64,000 bases of DNA, from assembly GCA_043228905.1 (NCBI GenBank), contig JBHGNT010000015.1, positions 9,486,001 through 9,550,000 of the forward strand, read 5' to 3'. The translations under genes were made by a program, and so were the position numbers. The number at the start of each line of letters is the position of its first letter. The first letter of the stretch is position 1. Source of the stretch: Azolla caroliniana. Lineage: Eukaryota; Plantae; Polypodiophyta. The notes under the pieces are model-generated. The model worked only from the letters and a program-made list of their open reading frames with translations. It searched no databases and had not been told where the DNA came from. Below, in pieces: positions 1 to 12,771 of this stretch.

Positions 1-389
1 TTTTTCCGAATCAGCACGCTTCTTCCAACACTCACTCTCCTTGTGGCCCTTCTTGCCACAATACGAGCATTCTGTGTCGGCCTTTGCTTGTCGGTTTCCG
101 GCGTTCCCTTGACTCCCCCCCGCTTGTGGAGGGTCCATAACTATTGTCGTCACCAACTCTATGCCTTCTTTCCTGCTATTGTCGGCCACCTCCATTGTGT
201 GTCGATCCACCTCGTCCGCCCCACCCATGGGGCCGATCCACCTCTGTGTACCGCATCCGGCTGTTCGATTTATGGTCCTCGACCCACTGGTGTGGTTTTC
301 TTCGACCATCAGCATCGATTGCAAGTCGAATAAGGACAGGAGCTTCTCCAGGGTGCATATCGTTGTCTGGATTGGCCCACACCTCTATG
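1..389 (-). mobile_element. Ty1/copia gag C-terminal fragment (continues off the window)
   Basis: Diverged paralog of 1060-1380 (shared CCTTGACTCCCC..TTGTGGAGGGTCCA and GGGGCCGATCC blocks). Reads ..LFDLQSMLMVEENH.. on the minus strand. Confidence 0.75.
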
Positions 390-1554
390 TTAACCAAACA
401 CTACTTGTTTTGTTTGCAGTTCTTGAAGCCTTTGATAGCTGACGTGGCCGATCTTCTTGTGCCACAAGTCGATGTCTGATTTGACTTTTTGTCCCTTAGC
501 GAACAATGTAGTGTTGACGTCGTTTGTGTCGAGGATAAACATCCTCCCTTCCCAGCACCCTTGCGCGATGATTTGACCCTCTTCTTCGATGAAGCACCCA
601 AGGTGGGTGAACTGGACGTGCATCCCTTGGTCGATGATCTGTCCGACTGACACCAAGTTCTTCGTGATAGTTGGGAGGTGCAATACGTTCTTAAGTCTTC
701 CATTCTGTCGTACATGACTCAGGAGAACTTCGCCGACATGTTCGATGGGATGCACAAGGTTGTTCCGGTTTCTCCAAGTATGAAAACCACTCTTCTTGGC
801 TCGTCATATGATTCGACGCTCCGGGGTCGACGTACCACACCTCGTTCGGTTTCGAGGTGTTATTCTTCATCGGATTTGCCTTGTGCTTCATCACGAAGGC
901 TGGGGCCTTTCCGGTTTTGGATCCTTCTGATCCTTCAGCATAGTGCAATCATTGCCAATTTCTGTGTTCGGCTTTCCACAATCTGGATTTGTCTGAATTG
1001 GCACGCTTCTTCCAACACTTGCTCTCCCGGTGACCTTTCCGGCCACAGTACCAACATTCCGTTTCGGCCATTGCTTGCTAGTTTCCTGCACTGCCTTGAC
1101 TCCCCATACTTGTGGAGGGTCCAGAACTGCTGTGAGCACCACCTCTGTGCCTTCTTTCCTGCTCTTGTCGGCTACCACCATTGCATGCCGATCCACCTCG
1201 TTCGCCACAACCACGGGGCCGATCCGCCTCTATGTACAACATCTGGTTGTTGCATTGCATGTTCCTTGACACAACCGCGTGGTTTTCTTCGACTAGAAGC
1301 ATTGATTGCAAGTCAAAGAATGACGGTGGCTTCTCCTGTGTACATATTGCGGTCTAGATTGTCTCGTACCTCTATGCTAGACCACCAAGACAAATCTAGA
1401 CCATTTCGTCCTCGTCCATCATGACATTGATGGACCCCAATGCGTCACATATCTCCTTGATCTTTGTGGTGTAGTCCGTGACCGTCATATCTCTCCGTCG
1501 GATATTGTTGAGCTCTTGCAAGAGCTACAATTTACGGACCGTGAAACTTGTCGT
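390..1554 (-). mobile_element. Degenerate Ty1/copia gag-protease-GAG-pre-integrase fragment
   Basis: QELNNIRRRDMTVTDYTTKIKEICDALGS (gag), WYVDPGASNHMT (protease) and LWHKKIGH (pre-integrase); broken by frameshifts and stops. Confidence 0.9.
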
Positions 1555-1690
1555 TGTCTTAGTGTATTTCGTACACTATGTGAAAAATGTATACAGTACT
1601 AGATTCAATAAATATGAAAAAATAGAAGAAAATATAAAAATATATATTACATGCATAGGGCAAGATTCAAACCTTGTACACTTCTCGGAC
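1555..1690 (+). mobile_element. 5' fragment of an LTR of the same family as solo LTR 16954-17846
   Basis: TGTCTTAGTGTATTTCGTACACTATGTGAAAAAT matches the reverse complement of 17812-17846, and 1610-1685 matches the reverse complement of about 17478-17550, including the B-box-like hairpin. Confidence 0.8.
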
Positions 1691-1699
1691 GAATTTACG

Positions 1700-3105
1700 A
1701 CGTATCTCTAAAAGGAAGGAATTCGACGAGAATTCTCATGCTAGCACACACCTTAGCAAAACAGCATAGCCGAGCAGAAAAATAGACACATAGTAGAGGT
1801 TGCACGGGCGATGATGAACGAAAAGAACCAGCTGAAATTGTACTGGGCAAAAGCGGCTAACACAACCATATACCTCATGAATAGGTGTACAAACTCAGGG
1901 GTACACGACGTAACCCCATATGAGATGTTTTTCAGAATGAAGCCAGAGTTATCATATGTGCGTATTATCGGCTCGATCGCCTATGTGCATATTCCCGACG
2001 AGACACGACAAAAGCTCGACCCGAAGTCGAAGAAATGTATCCTCGTAGGATACTCACTAGAGCAAAAGGGTTACATGTGCTATAAGCCCTCGACTCTAAA
2101 AGCTTGACTAAGTCAAGACGTCGTTTTCAACGAATCCGCATCCTAGTACGCACTAGAGACAACTTCGACTCTGATTCTGCTCGACCCAAAACCTACCAAA
2201 ATGGAGATAGAAGACAAAGATCGGCTCACGTGCATGTTCGAAGAAAGCCCGATTATGACAAGGCTTAGTGGGGCACAAGAGATTCTGAACGATCAAAGCA
2301 CATCTCGGCTGAGTCTGAAGCTGGACAAAGGGAAGGTGAAAATGCCTGAATATGAAGACCTGATGGACAATGAGTCAACTCACAGTGAGTTCGAAGGCCT
2401 CGACATTCAGATAAATGGAGTGAAGAAAGCAATTGCGGCTACAAACGAAAAACTCTGTCGGTCCACCCGTGTAAAGAACCCTGTAAGCTGATATGGTGAC
2501 GATGAGTACATGGCGTACCATTACGCCTTTATGATGAAGGTTGCTACTGTACAGGAGCCGGAAACCTTTTCCGAAGCCGCCAAGGACCTGCGATGGGTCA
2601 ACACGATGAATGAAGAAATGCAAGCCTTATGCAAAAACGAGACATGGGATCTCGTTTCTCAATCTCCGCACAAGACAGAGATTGGCTAGAGATGGATTTA
2701 CAAAGTGAAACACAATGCCGACAACTCCATAAATCGTTTCAAAGCACGACTCGTAGCGAAAGGATACACACAAACACATGGAGTCGACTACGAAGAGAGC
2801 TTTGCCCTAGTGTCAAAGATGATAACTGTGCGGATTGTGATCGCACTCGCAACAGCGAAAGGGTGGCACCTCCACCAGATGAACGTCAAGAATGCCTTTC
2901 TTCAAGGCGAATTGGAAGAGGCGGTGTACATGGTTCAGCCACCCGGCTTTGAATCGCGTACTCATCCAAAAGTCGTGTGCCGGCTCAAGAAGCCGATCTA
3001 CGGTCTTAAGCAAGCACCGCGTGCTTGGCATTCGAAGATCATGCAGATTTCGAATGACGAACTCGGACAACTCCTTGTACATCCGAAACAAGTCGAACAA
3101 CCCGA
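1700..3105 (+). mobile_element. Ty1/copia integrase C-terminus plus 3'-truncated RT
   Basis: YWAKAANTTIYLMNR, KLDPKSKKCILVGYS, RFKARLVAKGYTQ, HQMNVKNAFLQG, YGLKQAPRAW. Confidence 0.92.
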
Positions 3106-3332
3106 TTAATTAAATATCCCTTTTACATTCTGGACTCTAACCGGCCCTTCTTGCCTTGCCAGCCAACAAGATGGATCATCATCGTGATTCAGTCTCATAT
3201 TCCCAACACTTGCCTCTCCAATACATACATTCACCATGTGCAGTGTGCTGCAGTAGTTGTGTCCTCTTTGTTTGTGTGATGATGTGAGGCAGAAGAAGAA
3301 GAAGCAGAAGATGGGTGAGGGGGACTGTGTAG

Positions 3333-4934
3333 ATGGCAAAGAAGCTTTTTGTGGAGGATGTGGTGTCCAGTTTGCAGGCCTGCAAGAGAGAGCGGAATCT
3401 AGGAACTGCACGGGCTGTCCAGAAGCTGATTCGTGAGAATGGGCTGGAAAGCGATCGGGCCATCGGGAATCACCTCGTCCCTGCATTCATTGAATGTGGG
3501 AGCCTGCTGGAGGCCCAGAATGCCTTTGACAAGCTTGTGTATCCCAACGTCTGCTCCTGGACCTACCTCATCCAGGGTTATGTTCATGCCGGCCACTTCC
3601 ACCATGCTCTCCACTTGTTCTGGCAGATGATGCAGCAGCACATACACTTCTTACATCCTAATCGCTTTACCATCCTGGCTGTGCTCAAGGCCTGCACTAA
3701 GTTGAAGTGCCTCGTAAGGGGCCGCCAAGTCCATTCTGAGGTTGTTTACCATGGATTAGAAGATGATGATTTCATCGGAAATAGCCTGGTGGACATGTAT
3801 GCAAAATACGGGTCCTTGGGAGAAGCTCACAAAGTGCTTGATCGTCTGCCTGTGAGAGATGTGATTTCGTGGACTGCATTGATTGCTGGGTATGCCGAGC
3901 ATGGGCTTCCCAAGGACGCATTGCGATGTTTGGAATGGATGAAAGCCGGGGGTGTGGAACCAAATGCCATCACATACTTGTACTCCTTGAAAGCTTGTGC
4001 AGCTTTGAGGGCCATAGACAGAGGACGCGAGATACATGCTGAATTGGTCAAAGACGGGTTTGAATGTGACGAATTATCAGGGAGCACGCTCATGGACTTG
4101 TATGCAAAATGTGGTTTGACGGAAGAGGCTCATGAAGTGTTGCTGGAACTGCCAGTTCAGAATGCTGTGCTGTGGACAACATTGATTGCAGGGTATGCCG
4201 AGCAGGGGTTGGGTGAGGATGCACTGGCATGCCTAGAGCAAATGCAGCTCTCTGGTGTGACGCCAGATGAGGTGACATTTATTTGTAGCTTGAAAGCGTG
4301 TGGAACCCTAGGATTAGTGGACAAGGGACAAGAACTGCATGCTGAGATGATCAAAGAGGAGCATGAGAGGAACCCTTTGATTGGAAGCACAGTAGTTGAT
4401 ATGTATGGCAAGTGTGGTCTGCTTTTGGAAATGAGAGAAATTTTTGAAGAGCTGGCACTGCGAGATGTAGTAACATGGACAGCTCTGATAGCAGGCTATG
4501 CATCTCAAGGAAAGAGTGAACTTGTCTTTTACCACTTTGAGCAGATGTGCAAGGAGGGCATTGAACCAAATGAAACGACTTTTTTGGTTCTTTTCACTAC
4601 ATGCAATCATGCAGGCCTGGTGTGGAAAGGTGTAGAGTTATATGAAAGCATGATTAGAGAGCATGCAATGGCTCCCACGATCAAGCATCTGAACTGTATG
4701 GTTGACCTTGTGGGTCGAGCAGGGCAGCTGGATGAGGCTTCAGGAATGCTTCAACAGATGCCGATTCAACCGAATGTCGTAACATGGGAAACAATTCTGG
4801 GTTCATGTCGGAAGTGGGGCAATGTTGCACTTGCTAGGCATGCCTTTGAGAGTGCAGTGAGATTGGATGAACAGCACCATGGTGTGCTGGTATTGATGTC
4901 CAATATATATGCTAATGATGACTATGATCATTAA
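3333..4934 (+). CDS. PLS-class pentatricopeptide repeat protein with E1 and truncated E2, no DYW domain (organellar RNA-editing specificity factor type)
   Basis: Intact, intronless 533-aa ORF with about 14 alternating L/S/P motifs (GNSLVDMYAK, DVISWTALIAGYA, HLNCMVDLVGRAG), E1 (PNVVTWETILGSCRKWG) and a C-terminus LMSNIYANDDYDH*. Confidence 0.93.
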   Translation: MAKKLFVEDVVSSLQACKRERNLGTARAVQKLIRENGLESDRAIGNHLVPAFIECGSLLEAQNAFDKLVYPNVCSWTYLIQGYVHAGHFHHALHLFWQMMQQHIHFLHPNRFTILAVLKACTKLKCLVRGRQVHSEVVYHGLEDDDFIGNSLVDMYAKYGSLGEAHKVLDRLPVRDVISWTALIAGYAEHGLPKDALRCLEWMKAGGVEPNAITYLYSLKACAALRAIDRGREIHAELVKDGFECDELSGSTLMDLYAKCGLTEEAHEVLLELPVQNAVLWTTLIAGYAEQGLGEDALACLEQMQLSGVTPDEVTFICSLKACGTLGLVDKGQELHAEMIKEEHERNPLIGSTVVDMYGKCGLLLEMREIFEELALRDVVTWTALIAGYASQGKSELVFYHFEQMCKEGIEPNETTFLVLFTTCNHAGLVWKGVELYESMIREHAMAPTIKHLNCMVDLVGRAGQLDEASGMLQQMPIQPNVVTWETILGSCRKWGNVALARHAFESAVRLDEQHHGVLVLMSNIYANDDYDH

Positions 4935-5029
4935 AGTTGAGGAAGTAAATAGTCAAAAGATATCAATCATCCATACATCCTATGTGTATAGTAGTTGTAC
5001 CAACCTTATTTGTACAGCACTCTCTTCCC

Positions 5030-5352
5030 CTGATTTCGAGCACATGTGGAAGGAAGGCATTGAACCAAATGATACAACTTTTTTGGTTCGTTCTGCTACA
5101 TGGTCTAGGTGGAAAGATGTAGTCGCATGGTATCATGATTAGAGAATGTCTGATGGCTCCATGATCAAGATTCAGATCAAATGTCATTACATGGGTTCAT
5201 GTCAGAGGTGGGGCACGCATTTGAGAGTGCAGTGAAGTTGGATGAACAGAACCATGGCATACCTGGTATTGATGGCCAATATATATGCTGATTATGACTA
5301 ATGATCATTTAAGTTGATGAAGTAAAATGGCAAAAAGATACTATGTGTATAA
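5030..5352 (+). pseudogene. Degenerate tandem duplicate of the PPR gene 3' end and 3' UTR
   Basis: FEHMWKEGIEPNDTTFLV matches FEQMCKEGIEPNETTFLV. The blocks TTTGAGAGTGCAGTGA and CCAATATATATGCT recur, with multiple internal deletions relative to 4535-4990. Confidence 0.85.
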
Positions 5353-6371
5353 CGGTTGTGACGAGTGAATTTGTATGTCACACTCTTTTTCTGATCTGTA
5401 CGTCGTTTTCCTCCCCTGAGACTTTACCATGCGTTTGTGGAAAGTCTGCAAATGTCACATGGAGCACAAAATTCATGCTGCACAAAGTAGAATGGGCAAT
5501 GGTCCTATAGACATTTCACAACTACAACAACGTTTGCAGATTTTTCAACCAAACAAACATTTTTCGAAATGCCCTAGGTCACGCCCTTATGGAAAATCTT
5601 TTCATTAGATTTAGCATTAATAAGTGCCAAAATGATATACTTGTCTGTAAGAAGGTATGCAACTAAAACTTAAGAGGCCGATGAAGATTGAAAAGATGGC
5701 ATGAAGCTAGAAGATATATTTACAGTATGGAGAAGGGCATCACACTATGGTTATGGACAAAGAACTTCCAATAAAATTTGCAAGGTTATGTCGGAATAAA
5801 AAAAGTAAGATGGACCATAGATGAGGGATTCTTCACCACAACTCTTCCAATTATACTACTTTTAGAATGATCCCTCCTTCCTCTTTGTATACGGTCGGTG
5901 AGAATGGGAAATTGAGGTACAGCGTAAGGTCTAGGGTCCTGGGTGACCTGGGTTGTTGAAGTACCTATTTATCAAGGTGATGATTTATATATTTATTCCA
6001 CACATTTTTTAGGGCACGAAAGATGATAAACCTGCATTCCAAGATCTTTCCCTGCACAGCGGTAAATTTTATTCATTTTCTAAATGAAACTTGTGTACTT
6101 AAGTCATTGAAATTAATTGATGATCCAAAATAAAAAAAGGAATTGCAATTACTTTGATTTGTTGACTAAACAAATGAAAACATTTGAAACTTATTAATAT
6201 AAATAAAATGACAAAGTTTTACACCAATAGCACAAAATGAGAGGAAACACTACATTCAATGGAAGTGGAAAACATAAATAGTAATTACTAACAACTAATG
6301 ACACTAAATTTCCCTACCGGGAAACCCCCCTTGAGGATCATAACTTCCTTAAATAGAGTTTTATTGGAAGC

Positions 6372-6870
6372 CCAAACGTTCGTGAGATGAAACATTTGTG
6401 CTTCCAAGATTTATTTTAATAATCTATTCTTTTATTTTATGTAATTGTAACGGTCGTAACACTCTCCCGCTAGTCGAGAGAGTTTCGACCTCGAAACTAT
6501 TGCATAGAGGTTTCTAAGTTTGGGGCCCTGGTTGTCGTAGTGGCTCAAGTAGCCATTCAAACCCTGCTTGTAGCAACACTTCTTCAATTACCTATGACAC
6601 TTCAAATAGGCAGTTTCCCTCTCCACTTGATGAAATAATGTCTTCTCCCTCTATGGACCCGTGTCTTCAAAAGTGCTTTAGGTTGACATCTACTAGTTGG
6701 CTCATGACCCCATGTTTCATTTGGGTGGAAACATTTTAGCAAGCTAACATGAAAAACATCATGCAACTTGGATGCCTCCGGGAGTTGTAATTTGTAGGAT
6801 ACGTTGTTGAGTTGTTTGACCACCTTGTACAGTCTGTAGAACCTATGATTAAACTTGGGCGTGAGGCCCT
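6372..6870 (-). mobile_element. Chromovirus (Ty3/gypsy) 3' remnant: integrase C-terminus, chromodomain, PPT and start of 3' LTR
   Basis: YKLQLPEASKLHDVFHVSLLK and RRHYFIKWRG; minus-strand AGCGGGAGAG followed by TGTTACG at 6461. Confidence 0.8.
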
Positions 6871-6914
6871 GAGATAACGACCAACGAGTGAACTACCACA
6901 AAAGAAGTCCTTTT

Positions 6915-9900
6915 AACTTTAGAACATACTTTCTCATCCCAACTTGCGAATAAAAATGAAGGCATTCCACATATTCCAATTAAACCATAGCCCGATACAT
7001 CAAGAACTCAAAAATAATTTAAAAATGAGGCATTGGCTCATTGTTCTCCATATGTGCAAAAACCCAACTGAAGGAAGATAGAATTACTTTAGTTAGAGAC
7101 ATCCACACTAAACTGATACAACTCCAAACCACCCTTGCCATCGGGCATTAAATAAATCGATGCCTACTATGTTCCAATTCCACCGAACAAAAGAAGCGTG
7201 ATCCTTTAATAATGTTTCTTTTTTTTAATGCATCACCCAATGGTAAAGCTCCAACCATAACTCTCCAAATAAATACCTTGGCTCGTAGCATCAATCGAGA
7301 ACACCAACCTGTAATGGGCTTATGAAAACCCCATATCTTTATAACCCTTTTGTGTAACCACATATGTTTGTCAATCAACTTGCCATAGTCAATCTCTTAT
7401 TTCCAACAAACCTCCAATCAATCTCTTCATATCGCCCATCTAAATTAGGAATTGGCTCATAGGAAGATAGTTTTTGTTGCAACTCATCCCAATATAAAGG
7501 TATAACCTTTTGGAATACGAAATTTTGATCTTATTGTTCGAAAAGCCACACCAACATAGCATCCTTAGTTGTTATAAAACCCAATCTAGCAATCCGATTA
7601 AATTGAAGGTTAAGAATTTGTTTGCCTTCCCACCTCAACAACCTTGATGTCGCCAAAACCTCCATTTGTAATGAATTGGCACATCCCCTTTCTTGTGGAG
7701 GATGGCATTCCACAAAATCCAACATACTTTCCCAAGATGTCAACAAATGATTAACTATCATAAGACCTTGCACATTTGACATCCCTGTCAGAATTATTAC
7801 ATTCCACCAATTCACTTCAACCTTCATGTTTCCAAGCTTAAATCTATTCTTCTCTATAAAGTATGCCACCATTTCTGTCCAAGGTTGTACACCTTCAAAC
7901 ATAAATCGAATGAAAGTAAATCGACGAGCCACCATATGCTCATATAAATTCAATATTGATGCCCCACCAAGACGCTTCGGAGTACAAACATGATCCCATG
8001 CCAACACGACAAGGCACTTTTCCCTTTTCTTTTCCATAACAACATTCGCATTGAATGTGACAACATTTCAAAAGCTTTCTTTGACCATGGGAGCAAAGGA
8101 AGATAATAAGATACCACAGAGACCATAATCGATTGGACCACCTTAAGTCATACATGAAAAAGCCAAAATTGAGACCTCCAATACATAAATTTATCCTCCA
8201 ACCTTTTGGATACCCACTCAATAAGTTTCACATGAGAAACTTCCACCCCAATTCGATATCCAAGGTGACAACAAATCATACCACGATGTACTATCCTTCT
8301 TGACCACCCCAACCCTAACACATCTTGTTATGTACATGAAATGAGGACAGATTTATGCATATTAATTCTCAATCCTAAAGCATTTGAAAACACATCTCGT
8401 CTTATTAATATTTTCTTCATTAGGTGCCAAAAACATAATATGGTCATCTGCGAGAGCTTCAACAATACATGGATTCCCTGATGACAACCTTAGTCTAAGC
8501 AATTCATCCTCCATAGCCATATTGTGTAACTTAACAAGAATAGGATGTGTCACAATAGTGAATAGTAAAGGACTTACTGGGCATCCGTGTCTAACTAACC
8601 TCCAAATAGAAATTGGTTGTGTTAATCCTCCATTAAACATCACATGTGAAACCGAACCCTCCCCTAACATGTATATCAATTGAGACATACGGTCACTAAA
8701 ACCCATATGAGACATCAACTGATTTATAAATGACCAATCCACATTATCATAGGCTTTCTCGATATCCAATTGTAGCAACACTAATTCTTGTTTAAATTCC
8801 TTTGCATAGTCAATTGTCATTTGAACGTTAAAAATATTATGTAAAATGTCTCTTTTTGCTAAGAACCCATATTGAGCATTATGAATAATAGAAGGTAAAA
8901 CCTTATGCAACCTATTGGCCATCACTTTTGCAGAAATCTTGTACATTCCCCCCCATCAATGAAATAGGCCTCCATTGAGCAAAGGAAGATGGAGATGGCA
9001 CCTTCGGCAAAAGCTTTATCAAACCAATCTTCAAAGAATGAGGCATTTCTCCTAATGTCCACACCTTCTAAAATAAAACTATAAAAGGCCCCTTTAACCT
9101 AATTACATATTTCTTAAAGAGTTCATGACATGTCAATCCATCCCACCCAAGACCCTTATCATTAGCAAGATGTGACATGACATGTTCCGCCTCATCCTCT
9201 GAAATATTCGCATCTAATGATTGTGCCACATCATGCGATACATGATTTTTCTCTCTATTAAAAAATACACCTCTATCACTTTTAACATTATCATCAATAC
9301 ACACATGTACATCCAACAATTGTGTGTAATATTCTATGCGTTTCTTCACAATTTCTTGAGGATCGGAACACATGATACCATTTTCCTCTAACCTTACCAC
9401 ATTATGTTTTGCATGTGATTCATGAAGGTCTTGAAAATTTTTATGTGATTGACAATTAACATCCTCCACTTCTTGTCTTAGACGATGTAGTCTAACATGT
9501 TGATAATTTGTTGTCGTAAGATCATGCATCACAAAAATTAATACCTCTTGATATCCCGTTAACTCTACATCCGTTGGCCAATAAGTTAACAATGAGTTGC
9601 ATTTATCAAGCAAATTAACTAGGAGACTTAATTTCTTTCTCCTTTTAAAAGCATGGTGAATTCCATAATACCTAGTTAATCTCTGACCATTTGCAACAAA
9701 TACTTCCCATGCTTCATACCCATTAAATTGAACATGATAGGCAAATGCATCAATCAATTCACACATATAGGCATGGAAGACCCCATGATCCAAAACTGAT
9801 GAATTAAAAATCGACGACGGTTTTCCTAAAAACTCATGAAAAGCTCTAATTGAGTGGTGAGTGAATTCAAAATTTAATAGGAAATGATCTGATATAATTG

Positions 9901-10565
9901 ACCCATAAGATACTGAAATATCCAAAATGTCTGGTAAAAATCCTTCGGTATGCATTACATACATTTGATCCAAGCTACTCCAAGTATCCTTATATTGAGC
10001 CGATTGAAAGGTATAACCAGGTTCCATCTCCCATCCATTTCCATACATCCCTTAACATGACTTCAGTCTCAAAATCTCCCCATTCTTGAGCCTCTAGTCC
10101 ATCCACAATAGAGTGGATAGATGTTGATTGATCTGTCTCACAACAAATATTAAAATCTCCCATCAATAAACCCGGTCTACCATTATCAAGCACTGAGTTT
10201 ACAAATCTCCATAACAACTTTCGTTCTTGTGAAACATCGATGCGTACACACCAACTATAGTAACCAAAGAACTTGCCCTTCAGAACATATCTCTACTGTG
10301 ATAAATCTTCCAAATTAATCTGAAACAATTACTTTTGGGTGAAATTTATTTCTTATGAACATGACAATCCTAGAATAATCCCCATGAACATTGCCAGCAT
10401 AACATAATTATAACCCTTAGCATAACTAATTAATCCAACATTACGATGATCTTTATTCTCTATTGCACATAAAACATCTCATTGCTCACTTAACACAATC
10501 CTCCAAGCCTCATGCATTCTAAATCTAGGACACAATCCCCTCACATTCCATGTGGTGATCTTCAT
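6915..10565 (-). mobile_element. Degenerate L1-clade LINE ORF2 (APE endonuclease, RT, zf-RVT)
   Basis: Starts MKITTWNVRGLC at 10565; LLMGDFN; LDIEKAYDNVDWSF; VRHGCPVSPLLF; ALADD; KVFIWRVMVGALP. ORF1 remnant probably at 10570-11030. Confidence 0.92.
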
Positions 10566-11184
10566 ACTTTATTTTTTCCTTTTATTCGAGAATTCTCCTT
10601 CTCCTTCACTGCTAATGTTTCTGCCATATCTTGAAATAAATCCCCTACGATTGCATACAAAATTACTATGGGAATACAAAACTCCAGACCCTAGTGGCTC
10701 CTCATGTGAATGAGGCACTGATTTCCGTTTATTCCAAGGAACATATAATTTACCTTTATTATCAAAAGATAATTTCTTTGGATAGTCCTCTTGACAAGCC
10801 CATGGTTTATTCCGCATGCGATTTGTTTGTTGAATCAATGTGACCTTCTCCATAGATACATTATGCCCAACATTCTTATTAAACTTCTTCATCTTTCCAA
10901 AAACTATTGACCATTGCCCTTCATCCTCTAGAGTCTTTATATCCTTGTCCCTCACAATCTCAAAAATACAACAAATAAAATACGATTTTAAAGGAAACGA
11001 ACATCGTGGCAAGACGATACATCAAAAATAGTGTTTGTCCTTCTCCAACATCTCTCTCTCTTAGCTTACCCCATTGGTAAGTTGTTACCCTACAAGCCAC
11101 TATGTCTTGGGTTTGAAACCCAATTTCACTCACCTCTCTATTATTATATACTTCATACATATCTCTTAGTTCACGAGATGCCAT

Positions 11185-11312
11185 TGTGGAATGTAGGGGT
11201 TGAACCCATGACCTCCTGGTCTCCAAACATTTGTGAGATGAAACGTTTGTGCTTCCAAGATTTATTTTAATAATGTATTCTTTTATTTTATGTAATTGTA
11301 ATGATCATAACA
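11185..11312 (-). mobile_element. LTR 5'-end related to the chromovirus LTR at 6372-6461, with an adjacent tRNA-like T-arm
   Basis: 11223-11312 is a ~90-bp direct repeat of 6372-6461 (TGTTATGATCATTACA vs TGTTACGACCGTTACA on minus). The minus strand continues GGAGGTCATGGGTTCAACCCCTAC. Confidence 0.65.
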
Positions 11313-12771
11313 AAAAGAGAATTGCAAATGCTTTGATTTGTGTAGCACATGTTTTTTCATCAATTTGGACGTTGTTTGGATCAATTTCTGATAGCTTAAG
11401 ATTTTTCTTTTTATGACCTTGGTTGAGTCAAGTATACAAAACAAGCTGATGGCACCCACTAACACATGGTGAATTGTAATAATAAGAATGCTAGCAAGAT
11501 TACACAACTCATTGACTTCGTTTCAATATGAATATCAAGCTGTCACCCATTGTCACAGGGTGAATATCAAGATGATGTCACCCACTGACACAGGGTGAAT
11601 CGTTATTATGAGAATGATAGGACAATTACATATACAAGGATACAAGTTCATACATTATATACAAGGACACAAGTTCATAGATTATTGAGTTCATATCAAT
11701 ATGAATAACAAGCTGTCCCAATTACAGTATTAAGATTCCTGCATGAACCATTTATGTCTAGAAAACTCAGTTGAGGTAGATCAAGTCTAATACCTATATC
11801 ATGTGATGATGGAGAAGAAGATATACATAAAAAAAAAACAATTGCTGCTTTAAGTACCAAAGAACATTAGCGTGGCATTGCCAAGGCTTATCTCATGATG
11901 ACTAAAATGTAATATGATAGAGAGAACTACTGGACTTTTGCAACAATAGTATTATATCAACTGAGTGCAGAGTGATGAATTACTGGACTTGAACAGCATA
12001 AACTGTGTACAAGGTAAGCAATAACAATGCTGGAGAACATACTCAGGATCAAAAAGTTTTTAATGCTGCTTTCATTTATGCCTCGTTCAGACACATCTAC
12101 TGAGATTTGAATTATCTCTTTACATTTATTTTTGGTAGTGAGATGCATAATCGTTTACCAACAGCATGATGAGTAGATCTAACATGTTGACAAATATATT
12201 GTATCAAAATAGATCATGATTCAACCAACTCATCACAAAAACGTTCTTCCAAAGTCATCCCCTTAGATTAGAGGTTCTGATATGAGATTTTGAAGAAATA
12301 CCAAAAGATACAACGAAAAAAGATCATCTGCAAGGTCAGCTAAAATTGTATAAAGAACCAAATTTTGTGTAAACAAGAAGGCAAACAATACATGTTATGT
12401 TCTGCACTCTTGTAACTTCAATCGCTTGAGAATACATCATTAAGCAACTGTCTCTAGAGATTGTTATCCTCCACTCTAAATTGCTATAAATCAACCACCC
12501 CCAACCACCAACAAAACAAGAGACGCCATATGCTACATTTATATTCACACAAAGATATGCAGTTACAACAACGATAAGACAGATTATCTGAAACTATTTG
12601 AAACGGCAACTTAAATCCTCAAAACGCCAACAAAACTCCCAAAGTAACAATATGGTCTGACCAAAATTTCAGGATCTATTCTTGCATAATCCTTGTTTAA
12701 ATTGGAAGGGTCTTCAATAAACCTCATTGGATTAGAGTATCGCAACTGTCAACAACTGCTCCACCATAGCT

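Noticed and set aside
678-1424. 248-aa plus-strand ORF
   Set aside because: Shadow frame antisense to copia gag/protease, with no recognisable domain.
11515-11690. Short direct repeats downstream of the RRM gene
   Set aside because: Two-copy ~27-37 bp slippage duplications with no further structure.
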